Source of the DNA: a virus
Lineage: Duplodnaviria > Caudoviricetes
Length of the DNA: 63,647 nucleotides
IMG/VR virus record: IMGVR_UViG_3300032080_000005
Location: 1-63,647 of that record
Reading direction: 5' to 3' (one strand)
The notes below the pieces were generated by a model. That model did no database searches, was not told where the DNA came from, and worked only from the letters and a program-made list of their open reading frames with translations. The number at the start of each line of letters is the position of its first letter. The first letter of the stretch is position 1. A program made the translations under genes and the position numbers. Shown in pieces: positions 1 through 7,383 of this stretch.

Positions 1-171
1 GAACAACTGTCTCCTCTCGTCAGAGGTCTTATCGCGATTGTGCTTATCGTTCTAGGCACGTCTGTTTGGATCGGCTTCACGGGTGCCTGGACGCTTAGCG
101 GCCTGGCCCTCAACGTCGCCGGAGGCTTGATGCTCGGCCGCATTTTCGCTGAAGCTGAAGGCTACAAGTAG
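1..171 (+). CDS. 5'-truncated small membrane protein
   Basis: Open frame from base 1 (EQLSPLVRGLIAIVLIVLG...EAEGYK*), two hydrophobic stretches; translated by hand. Confidence 0.55.
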   Translation, partial: EQLSPLVRGLIAIVLIVLGTSVWIGFTGAWTLSGLALNVAGGLMLGRIFAEAEGYK

Positions 172-236
172 ACAAACACGCACAAACGCAGTAAGCTTTA
201 CATGAGCTATCCACTACCAAGGAGGTTGATCCATAT

Positions 237-515
237 ATGGCACGTCCGACTCTGGTCGTGAAGAACATTGCCGATGCAGGCAAGCGGTACACGAAGGTCG
301 CGAAAGACGGCCGCAAGGCAGTCCGCACGGAGTTCGGCATTCCGTTCGCGCTTCAGGACATCATCGCCGCGAAGCCGCGGGCCAAGAGCGCCATCCTGGG
401 CGTCCTGAGCAACGGCGACCGCTTCAACGGGCAGAAGCTCGTGCGGCTGCTGGCGCGGACCCCCGACCTGACGGTCAAGGAGGTCGTGAAGGGCGTCGAG
501 AAAGCCGCGCTCTGA
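237..515 (+). CDS. hypothetical basic protein
   Basis: AAGGAGG RBS upstream; TGATG coupling to next ORF. Confidence 0.8.
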   Translation: MARPTLVVKNIADAGKRYTKVAKDGRKAVRTEFGIPFALQDIIAAKPRAKSAILGVLSNGDRFNGQKLVRLLARTPDLTVKEVVKGVEKAAL

Positions 516-736
516 TGTTCGCCGTTGGCATCGGTGTCATCCTCTCGGTCATCATCAAGGCGCTGCTCGTCATCGCCCTCGTACTCGGCGGTGCCTACGC
601 ACTGACGACCTACGTCGAGCTGCCGGGCCTCGTGGATACGTTGATCTGGATCGGCGCCGGTGGTTACGCGCTGCTCTGCGTGATTGGCGTGTTCACGGTC
701 ATCGGCGCACTTGCCGAGGCCGGGCGCCGCTTTTAG
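515..736 (+). CDS. small membrane protein
   Basis: 73 aa, two long hydrophobic segments. Confidence 0.75.
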   Translation: MFAVGIGVILSVIIKALLVIALVLGGAYALTTYVELPGLVDTLIWIGAGGYALLCVIGVFTVIGALAEAGRRF

Positions 737-1473
737 CGCGGACAGTTAATGCTGAGGACTCCCGGCACGCAGGCTTGTGCCGGGAGTCCCGACGCCTCTA
801 CTTCAACGATAGGAGGAACAGAAATTGGCGATTCCTGAGCAGGCTTTGGAACTTGACCTCCCGACGATCCTGATTGGTTCTGCGGGGAAGGTGAAGGGGT
901 TGGCCCCGCCTGGGGTGGAGGAGTATGGTTTCCTTTCGGTGCCGGGGACGCTTCGGGTTGGCCTCCGGCTTGATTGCCCGGATTCGGACCCGACCCACCT
1001 TCAGGTGCTGCTTCGTTTGCTGGAGGCTCGTTACGAACCCCCGGCTGATTGTCCGCCCGCCGTTTTGGAGACGATCCTGAATCTGAATTCTGCGTTGAAC
1101 GACCGGCTTCTTGGTCAACAGCGCGACGATCTTCCGCGCGCTGCTTAGCTTCCTGAGCTATCCGCCGACAGTCAACGTCATCAACTCTAGTGATGTCGGG
1201 GCGCTTAGCCAGCAATTCACAGAGCTGGTAGTCGGTGATGGAGTCAATGGCCGCCTGGAAGGATTCCTGACACTGCCGAGATTCTGAGCCATAGCGCAGG
1301 CAGGGCGATTCGATTTTGGTGATGCGCTCATTCTGCGCCACATCCGCCTGGTTGTTCAGCACGAACGTCACTGCAATGGCCAAAACCGCAACAACGCCGA
1401 GAACGAACCGCAGCCGGTCGATGTAGACCTGTAGGCGCGTGGGTGGGTGGGGGGTCTTCGTCCGCGAGTACAT
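733..1473 (-). CDS. membrane-anchored protein with Pro/Gly-rich tail (possible lysis accessory)
   Basis: N-terminal TM, Cys pairs, low-complexity P/G/S C-terminus; TGATG-coupled to upstream ORF. Confidence 0.7.
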   Translation of the reverse strand: MYSRTKTPHPPTRLQVYIDRLRFVLGVVAVLAIAVTFVLNNQADVAQNERITKIESPCLRYGSESRQCQESFQAAIDSITDYQLCELLAKRPDITRVDDVDCRRIAQEAKQRAEDRRAVDQEAGRSTQNSDSGSSPKRRADNQPGVRNEPPANEAAPEGGSGPNPGNQAGGQPEASPAPKGNHTPPPQAGPTPSPSPQNQSGSSGGQVPKPAQESPISVPPIVEVEASGLPAQACVPGVLSINCPR

Positions 1474-1568
1474 CAGATTCCGTAGGCCATGATCGACAGC
1501 ATAAGCGCCTGCGCCCAGACGAAGCAGACCGCGCTCGTCAGCGGAAACTTCACGGCTGCCGTGAGCAT
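1473..1568 (-). CDS. 31-aa single-TM peptide
   Basis: MLTAAVKFPLTSAVCFVWAQALMLSIMAYGI; TAATG overlap upstream and TGATG overlap downstream. Confidence 0.5.
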   Translation of the reverse strand: MLTAAVKFPLTSAVCFVWAQALMLSIMAYGI

Positions 1569-1750
1569 TATCCCCTCAAGTCCCATTTGAGCGAAATGCA
1601 GGCGGCCGCCAGGCCAATGGCCGCGATGACGATGGTTGGGTCCGGCTCTTTCCCGTTCGAAGGCCCGATTATGAACTCGTATACGAGGATGCCGAGGGCG
1701 GCGATGAACAGTATCAGGCGCCCTACCTGGGACCACGACGACGGCCTCAT
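1568..1750 (-). CDS. small two-TM protein (holin-like)
   Basis: 60 aa, two TM helices joined by a short polar loop. Confidence 0.65.
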   Translation of the reverse strand: MRPSSWSQVGRLILFIAALGILVYEFIIGPSNGKEPDPTIVIAAIGLAAACISLKWDLRG

Positions 1751-1834
1751 TCATCGGCGGGGGTCTGATCGGCGGTAGGCATGAAGCTATCCTACCATTG
1801 ACAGATCAGTTGCGCACGCGCTACAGTTCTGTCT

Positions 1835-2104
1835 ATGCCTGCGCGCCACTTCACCTACACCGTTCCTTCGAGCATCGAAGGCGAACCCGACGAGGTCGTG
1901 GCAATCGCGATCCAGCAGATTCAGTCGCTCGCGGCCGTGGTCGCTGAGCTATCCACCGATACCTTCGTCCAGCTACGCGCCGCCGGGATCGACCCGGACG
2001 CCGACGAGGCTGTCTCGAAGTGGCTGGCATCCGAGGGCGGCGCCAAAGCGCGCGACATCGTCTACGCAGCACGTCACTTCGTCGAAGCGACGAAGGCACT
2101 CTAA
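1835..2104 (+). CDS. hypothetical protein (leaderless)
   Basis: TTGACA (1798)-N18-TACAGT (1822-1827) with ATG 7 nt downstream. Confidence 0.75.
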   Translation: MPARHFTYTVPSSIEGEPDEVVAIAIQQIQSLAAVVAELSTDTFVQLRAAGIDPDADEAVSKWLASEGGAKARDIVYAARHFVEATKAL

Positions 2105-2399
2105 AACTGCTGTCTATCCACTCGTAGCCTTCAACAGCAGTACAACTGGCGCCCGCACATCTAACCGGATCGGGACCATAGTCCACTGGTATGCACATGC
2201 GGCACTGGGACCAGCTCACTATGAGGCGTCCAGCGGTGGAGAACATCCCGGCGGCTCAGGTCTAGAAATCCCTGCCCCGGCTACCACGTAGCCCGCCTCA
2301 CAACCAGTGTGGCAGCCGTGTCAAGTCCTACCCGGCCGCCCTCTCCAGGGTGACGTGGCCCGACGCCGCTGCTACCCCCTCCGGGGTCGCGAGGCGTCG

Positions 2400-2428
2400 A
2401 GCGTACACGTTCAAATTTCATTTGTCAA
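2400..2428 (-). promoter_or_regulatory. sigma70-type promoter facing left
   Basis: TTGACA-N17-TACGCT on the minus strand. Confidence 0.65.
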
Positions 2429-2661
2429 AACAGGCTTATTTGCAGGGCTTTTGCGGGTTCGGGGCGTAAGGAAATGAAAGGCCGATTCAAAGGCTTTGGC
2501 CCTCTTGAAGGGCCTGATTTGGCTCTGTAAGCGGGATCGCGGCGTTTTGGTTTCCGTTTTAGGGCGCGAAGGCTTTGGCCCTCTAACTGAAGCTGCTCCA
2601 TCCTTGACGGCGGCTATATCGTGAGTTCCGTGAGTACGAAACCCCGAGCAAAGGAGGAGTC

Positions 2662-3243
2662 ATGTTTCATCGAGTAGGCGTCATCCTAGCAGTCCTGATC
2701 CTGGTGGCCTTCTACGCCATATCTGTTGGCGAACTTGCGGCCAAGCCGGTCCCCGAGCGCTGTACCACGGCTGCCTTCCAGTCGTTCGCGGCCGACGTGT
2801 GGGATGCGCGCTGGCAGCGCGGTGCCCCCGCCCCGGCGGCCATCCGCGCCAAGCGGAAGCGCGTCGCGTGTGCCCCGGTCGCCCATCGTCGGGCCATGAT
2901 CCGCATCTGGGATCGGGAGCGCGACCACTACTACAGCGTGCGCCGCACGAAGCTCTGGCAGGCGCGCGTCACTCCCTATCCCGGCGGCGGCCGTCTGTGG
3001 GCGATCCCCTACTACATCGTTGCCTGCGAGTCGGGAGGCCGCGCCAACTCTCCGGCCGCCCCCAATGGCGCCTACTCGCTGCTGACCGATCCCCTCCAGG
3101 GAGTTCCGACGTGGGAGACTTGGCGGCCGGATTGGGCGGATGGCTATGCGGCGCCGTATCAGGCGCCGAAGCGCGCCCAGGACATCGCCGCCCATCGGCT
3201 GTGGGTCGCCTACGGCACGGAACCGTGGGTAGAGTGCGCATAA
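2662..3243 (+). CDS. secreted Rpf-like lytic transglycosylase
   Basis: Signal/TM N-terminus; IVACESGG, TW, QDIAAHRLW..G.EPW.C match the Rpf/transglycosylase domain; AAGGAGG RBS. Confidence 0.8.
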   Translation: MFHRVGVILAVLILVAFYAISVGELAAKPVPERCTTAAFQSFAADVWDARWQRGAPAPAAIRAKRKRVACAPVAHRRAMIRIWDRERDHYYSVRRTKLWQARVTPYPGGGRLWAIPYYIVACESGGRANSPAAPNGAYSLLTDPLQGVPTWETWRPDWADGYAAPYQAPKRAQDIAAHRLWVAYGTEPWVECA

Positions 3244-3286
3244 GCCCAGAGCTAATATCGGCCCTCATATAAGGGAATAGCTGATA

Positions 3287-3339
3287 CCCACAACCCCACG
3301 CCGTTGTAGGGCCGGGTCACAACGGCGTGGGGTTGTGGG
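3287..3339. repeat. perfect 21-bp inverted repeat with 11-nt loop
   Basis: CCCACAACCCCACGCCGTTGT (3287-3307) / ACAACGGCGTGGGGTTGTGGG (3319-3339). Confidence 0.9.
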
Positions 3340-3371
3340 GTCAGCCTCTAGGGTGCTTTATCAGGCTGGCT

Positions 3372-3400
3372 TTGAGTGTTGCCATGCTCGGTAGTATAGT
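3372..3400 (+). promoter_or_regulatory. promoter of TIGR-Tas-like locus
   Basis: TTGAGT-N17-TATAGT; overlapping TTGCC-N8-TAGTAT. Confidence 0.6.
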
Positions 3401-3441
3401 GGGCTTGGTTATCAGCCGTTTGAGGGGGACTCCCTCATCAT

Positions 3442-3495
3442 ATGTCAAGCCGCCATATCGCACCCGACATCCATTGACAGGGCGCGGCTTGACAT
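3442..3495 (+). ncRNA. tigRNA-like guide unit 1
   Basis: 11-bp stem ATGTCAAGCCG/CGGCTTGACAT enclosing CCA-TATCGCACC-CG-ACAT-CCA-TTGACAGGG-CG. Confidence 0.85.
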
Positions 3496-3517
3496 GCGCT
3501 ATACATTGGTTTTGAGA

Positions 3518-3559
3518 GGGCGCCACACTTCAAACGAAGCCCAACACGCTGTCGCGTCC
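3518..3559 (+). ncRNA. tigRNA-like guide unit 2
   Basis: Stem GGGCG/CGTCC enclosing CCA-CACTTCAAA-CG-AAGC-CCA-ACACGCTGT-CG. Confidence 0.8.
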
Positions 3560-3578
3560 CACAACGAAAGGAAATCAC

Positions 3579-4517
3579 ATGTCAATTTCAGAATTTACTC
3601 CGGCCGAGAATCCCCCGGTAACCAAAGGCGCGGCGCCGGACGACGATGTAGCGGCTGCCATCCAACGTCCGGTTCCCACCGCGCTCGCGCAACCGCTGCA
3701 TCGTCAAATCTTCTTGGACACCCATCCCGGCAGTCCGTGGGATTGCTATTTCTGCGGCGGTGCGGTCGAGGAGCTTCACGTCCATCATCGTGATGGCGAC
3801 CATGACAACAACGCCCCGGACAACCTTGTGGCGACGCATGGCGACTGCCACGCGCATCATCACCGCTCCGGGCTGGAATCATTCGAGCGGCCGCCTGCGG
3901 CAAGTCGGCTTCGGATCGCGGCCGGTAGCCTCGATGACATCGAAGGGCTGCGGAAGTCCGTGGCGAATCAGCGTCGGGGACTAGTGGCACATCAGCTACT
4001 TGACGCGAAAGCGGAAAAGCTGATTGATGCTCAGCTAGAGCACATCAAAGCAATGGAGCGGGCGGCGACGCTGGCACTCAAACACGCGGTGCGCGAGCAC
4101 CCGCTGGCGGACTGGATTAAATCCACGCATGGGATCAGCGAAAAGGGTGTCGGCCGCCTTCTTGCTGCCATTGGCGAGCCAGCCTACAATGCCGCCGAGG
4201 ATCGCCCACGGCGTGGTCCCGCAGAGCTGTGGGCCTACTGCGGCTATGCGCCAGGGCAGAAGCGGCGGCGTGGACAGAAGTCGAACTGGAATGCGGAGGC
4301 CAAAATGCGCGCCTACGTTGTCGCCGAGACGGTGGTCAAGGTCGGTGGCCCATACCGCGAAGTCTACGATCAGGCGCGTGCTTCGTGGGCTGATCGCGAC
4401 ACGAGTGACGGCCACAAGCACAACCACGCGCTGCGGCTCGTTGCCAAGGCGATTCTTCGCGACATCTTCGTGCGGTCCATTGAAGTGCCGACACCCAGGA
4501 GTCATGCGGCCGTATGA
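3579..4517 (+). CDS. TasH-like RNA-guided nuclease (HNH + coiled coil + Nop/IS110 C-terminal-like domain)
   Basis: HNH motif CYFC..HVHHRDGDHDNNAPDNL..H..CH; then HPLADWIKSTHGISEKGVGRLLAAIG, ELWAYCGY, WN...K, PYREVYD, HNHALRLVAKAILRD; no DEDD RuvC domain; flanked by dual-spacer units. Confidence 0.85.
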   Translation: MSISEFTPAENPPVTKGAAPDDDVAAAIQRPVPTALAQPLHRQIFLDTHPGSPWDCYFCGGAVEELHVHHRDGDHDNNAPDNLVATHGDCHAHHHRSGLESFERPPAASRLRIAAGSLDDIEGLRKSVANQRRGLVAHQLLDAKAEKLIDAQLEHIKAMERAATLALKHAVREHPLADWIKSTHGISEKGVGRLLAAIGEPAYNAAEDRPRRGPAELWAYCGYAPGQKRRRGQKSNWNAEAKMRAYVVAETVVKVGGPYREVYDQARASWADRDTSDGHKHNHALRLVAKAILRDIFVRSIEVPTPRSHAAV

Positions 4518-4518
4518 A
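4467..4518 (+). ncRNA. tigRNA-like guide unit 3 (overlaps 3' end of the CDS)
   Basis: Stem TTCGTGCGGT/GCCGTATGAA (with G-U pairs) enclosing CCA-TTGAAGTGC-CG-ACAC-CCA-GGAGTCATG-CG. Confidence 0.8.
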
Positions 4519-4521
4519 CTT

Positions 4522-4575
4522 GCTCCCGCCCACCAAATACCCCGCGTGCTCCTTCCCTCGCCCGTGGGCGGGAGC
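4522..4575 (+). ncRNA. tigRNA-like guide unit 4
   Basis: Perfect 11-bp stem GCTCCCGCCCA/TGGGCGGGAGC enclosing CCA-AATACCCCG-CG-TGCT-CCT-TCCCTCGCC-CG. Confidence 0.8.
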
Positions 4576-4610
4576 TTGATCGGTTTTGACGATCATGGTA
4601 GGCTGGTTAC

Positions 4611-4665
4611 GTGATCGGTAGGCCATTCCAGCTTCGCATCCCATTGACTCGGCGCCGCCGGTCAT
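4611..4665 (+). ncRNA. tigRNA-like guide unit 5
   Basis: Stem GTGATCGGTAGG/CCGCCGGTCAT enclosing CCA-TTCCAGCTT-CG-CATC-CCA-TTGACTCGG-CG. Confidence 0.82.
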
Positions 4666-4686
4666 TCAAACTTCAGAGGAGGACTT

Positions 4687-5907
4687 TTGAGTAAGATCGC
4701 CCAGGCAAAGAAACTGATCGAGGGAGGTATGTCCCAGCGCAAGGCGGCTGCCGAGGTCGGTATAGCGCAGTCCACGCTCAGCGAGGCACTGAAGCGCGAA
4801 GGCTTCGAGCCGCCTACGCTTTCATCTGGTCCGACTCCCGCGGGGATCGAGGTTGACGATCAGGATGCCTCCATTACGTCGAAGCCGCTGACTGACCCAC
4901 GCGGCGTTACCCCCGATCAACTGCTGGAGAAACACGGCCTTGATCCCGAGGACTGGATCGTCACGAGCATTCGCGTTTCCGAGTGGGGAAAAACTGACGA
5001 GCCGATGTTTCAGTTGCGCGTCAACGCGACCCGCCGCGAGGGCCTTCTGGTGGTCCCCGACCTTGGCGATGACTTCGTGCCGTGGGAGTACGGCCAGGTG
5101 GAGGAGTACAGCGAGCGCCGCGTGGCGCTGATCCCCGACCTGCACGCGCCCTTCCATGACGAGCGTGCTCTGCGGGCGGTCTGCGATCTTCTCGCCGTCG
5201 AGGAACCGGCGCAGGTCATCTTCTTGGGCGACGTGGCCGACAACTCCATGCTCTCCAAGCACCGGACGCATCGCCGCTTCGGCGCCCTGCTCAACGAGAC
5301 GAACGACGCCGTCGTCGCGAACTTCCGCCGCGTGCGTGAAGCCGTGCCAAACGCGCAGATCATCCTGCTGCCGGGCAACCACGACGACCGCGTTCTCTAC
5401 TACGCCCAGGATATGGCGCCCGAGTTCGAAGCGCTGCGGCCGGGGAAGCTCTCGGACGACGAGGAGACGCCGGAGTCGAGCATCGGCTTCCGCACCCTCT
5501 GGCGGCTGGACGAGCTTGGCATCGAGCTGGTGGACGAGGACTGGAAACTCGCGCAGTTCGGCATCACGCCTGAGCTATCCGCCCGCCACGGCTACTTGAC
5601 CGGGAACAACTCCGAGCGGAAACTGTTGGAGAAGCACGGCCGCTCGCAGATACACGGCCACGACCACCGCGGCAGCCTGATCTATCGCACGAAGCACGAC
5701 CCCCTCGACATTCGCGTTGCGATGTCCTGCGGGACGCTCTGCGAGATTAAACCGGACGGTCTGGGCTACGAGCCGGACCCCGACTGGACCCCCGGCATGG
5801 GCTGGTGCCAGGTCTGGGATGACGGGCTGTTCCAGCTCAGCTTCCTGCCTTACGTCAAGAACAAACTGCTGACGCCCTGGGGCGCAGCCTTCGAGGGGAA
5901 GGAGTAA
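4687..5907 (+). CDS. HTH-fused calcineurin-like metallophosphoesterase
   Basis: N-terminal HTH (SQRKAAAEVGIAQSTLS); motifs DLH, GDxxD, GNHD, HG, GHDH; AGGAGG RBS before TTG. Confidence 0.85.
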   Translation: MSKIAQAKKLIEGGMSQRKAAAEVGIAQSTLSEALKREGFEPPTLSSGPTPAGIEVDDQDASITSKPLTDPRGVTPDQLLEKHGLDPEDWIVTSIRVSEWGKTDEPMFQLRVNATRREGLLVVPDLGDDFVPWEYGQVEEYSERRVALIPDLHAPFHDERALRAVCDLLAVEEPAQVIFLGDVADNSMLSKHRTHRRFGALLNETNDAVVANFRRVREAVPNAQIILLPGNHDDRVLYYAQDMAPEFEALRPGKLSDDEETPESSIGFRTLWRLDELGIELVDEDWKLAQFGITPELSARHGYLTGNNSERKLLEKHGRSQIHGHDHRGSLIYRTKHDPLDIRVAMSCGTLCEIKPDGLGYEPDPDWTPGMGWCQVWDDGLFQLSFLPYVKNKLLTPWGAAFEGKE

Positions 5908-5911
5908 AGAT

Positions 5912-6151
5912 ATGACGAGCGAGCGTAAACCATTCATCTGGGAGGTAAAACTCCAGGCGTCCAACGGCGAAACCGTCATCGAGAAGGTCAGCGCCTTCTG
6001 GTCGCCGGTCTTCGACGGCGTCAAGGAAAGCATCGCCCTCGCGGCGCGCTGCAAGGCGACGATCCGCAACAAGAAGGACGGCCTCCAGTTCCAGGCCATC
6101 GGCGAGCCGAAGCTGTTGGGTCGTCTGGGTGACGAGGGAGTGGCCGCCTGA
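5912..6151 (+). CDS. hypothetical protein
   Basis: AAGGAG RBS, coupled operon. Confidence 0.7.
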   Translation: MTSERKPFIWEVKLQASNGETVIEKVSAFWSPVFDGVKESIALAARCKATIRNKKDGLQFQAIGEPKLLGRLGDEGVAA

Positions 6152-6498
6152 TGGGCGACACCGCAGCCATCCTGGAGCCGCCGAGCGACGAGGCGGCGGC
6201 CGCCGCGCCCGCCGAGGAGACGGCGCCGGAGGAAGTGCCTAGCGTCTTCTCCGTCACGAACCGCTATCTCGTCGGCGCCGCTGAGGTTTCCGACGTAGGG
6301 GAGGACGGCAGCCAGATCATCCGGCTCGCGTCCGCCTCCGGGGGAGCCGTCATCGAGGCCAACCTCTCGCCGCAGCTTTGCGTGTTCATCAAAGGCAAAC
6401 TCGGGGCGGTCAAGGTGGTCAGCGAAGACGACGAGGAGCAGGTCGTTGACGCGGAGGTCGTCGAGGAGGAGGAGAACGATGGATCAGGGTCGGCCTAA
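6151..6498 (+). CDS. acidic hypothetical protein
   Basis: TGATG coupling. Confidence 0.7.
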   Translation: MGDTAAILEPPSDEAAAAAPAEETAPEEVPSVFSVTNRYLVGAAEVSDVGEDGSQIIRLASASGGAVIEANLSPQLCVFIKGKLGAVKVVSEDDEEQVVDAEVVEEEENDGSGSA

Positions 6499-6862
6499 CA
6501 GCGCCACCCAGGTTTCCTCGATGGGGGAGACTCCTGCTGAAGCGCGCCGCCGGATGGCTTCGTCCGGCGGCGCCGATGGCGCGAGCGCGGAGGCAACTCC
6601 GCCGCTTGGCAAGGAGGTCGATGGCCCGCTCCAGCCGCAGCACCTGGCCGCCATCGAGGCAGCCGAGGGTGGATTCTCCGGTGGCGCGGTAGACGGCGGA
6701 ACCACCGAGGACGCGCCCGACGAGATTGAGCCGCCGACGCCGTCGAAAGCGATGGAGACGATTCGCCAGCTCAGCCAGGACAAACTCCAGCTTCAGACGG
6801 AACGGGACGCCGCTCTCGCCAAGCTCGACCGCTATGAGGCGAAGTTCGGGGAGCTGGACTGA
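6479..6862 (+). CDS. hypothetical protein with C-terminal coiled coil
   Basis: ATG 6479 after AGGAG RBS. Confidence 0.7.
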   Translation: MDQGRPNSATQVSSMGETPAEARRRMASSGGADGASAEATPPLGKEVDGPLQPQHLAAIEAAEGGFSGGAVDGGTTEDAPDEIEPPTPSKAMETIRQLSQDKLQLQTERDAALAKLDRYEAKFGELD

Positions 6863-7383
6863 TGCTGGTCTACTTCATCGGCGGCCCGGCTGACGGGCGC
6901 ACGGAAGCCATCCAGAATCCTCACCCGACCTACCGCATGGTCGAGTTGAAATCGCTGGCGATCTACAGGGCGTTCGACGTTGAGGACGCATTCCCTCCGG
7001 CGGCCGTCACTGATTGGGACGGGGACGAGCACGAGTATCGCGTCACGCGCCGGTCGCCTCGCTACGCCATCGCGGAGTGGATTGCGCCGCCTGCGGACGT
7101 GCGCTTCGAGGTCCGCGTGGATGTCGATCCATTCGACCAGGCTGCCAGCGAGACGCTGCGGCGGTTGTTCCTGGAGCGCGCGAGCGAGAAGGGCGGCGTC
7201 CGCTGCTTGGGCGCGAGCCTCACGAACGGCATCGAGGCGGAGTTGCAGTTCCTCGTGCGGGTCGAAGGCCCGGAGGACGCCGTCGCCATTCAGCTTGCGA
7301 GCGAGAAGGTCCAGCACTACATCGACGCTGAGCTATCTGCGCTGAAGCGCGGGATTCGTCAGGTCGCGGCGGTGACTACCTGA
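6862..7383 (+). CDS. hypothetical protein
   Basis: TGATG coupling; N-terminal FIGGPADG motif common in small phage proteins. Confidence 0.75.
   Translation: MLVYFIGGPADGRTEAIQNPHPTYRMVELKSLAIYRAFDVEDAFPPAAVTDWDGDEHEYRVTRRSPRYAIAEWIAPPADVRFEVRVDVDPFDQAASETLRRLFLERASEKGGVRCLGASLTNGIEAELQFLVRVEGPEDAVAIQLASEKVQHYIDAELSALKRGIRQVAAVTT

Noticed and set aside
2656-2664. Self-target of guide 3 (GGAGTCATG at the rpf-like gene start)
   Set aside because: Only spacer B matches and the adjacent 9 nt do not match spacer A. One 9-mer hit is expected by chance in a genome this size.
3579-4517. IS110-family transposase / insertion sequence
   Set aside because: Only the C-terminal-like domain is present. 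The DEDD RuvC domain and catalytic SG motif are missing, HNH is present instead, and multiple dual-spacer units flank the gene.
3442-4665. CRISPR array
   Set aside because: No 23-50 bp direct repeats and no cas genes; the conserved parts are only 2-3 nt boxes.
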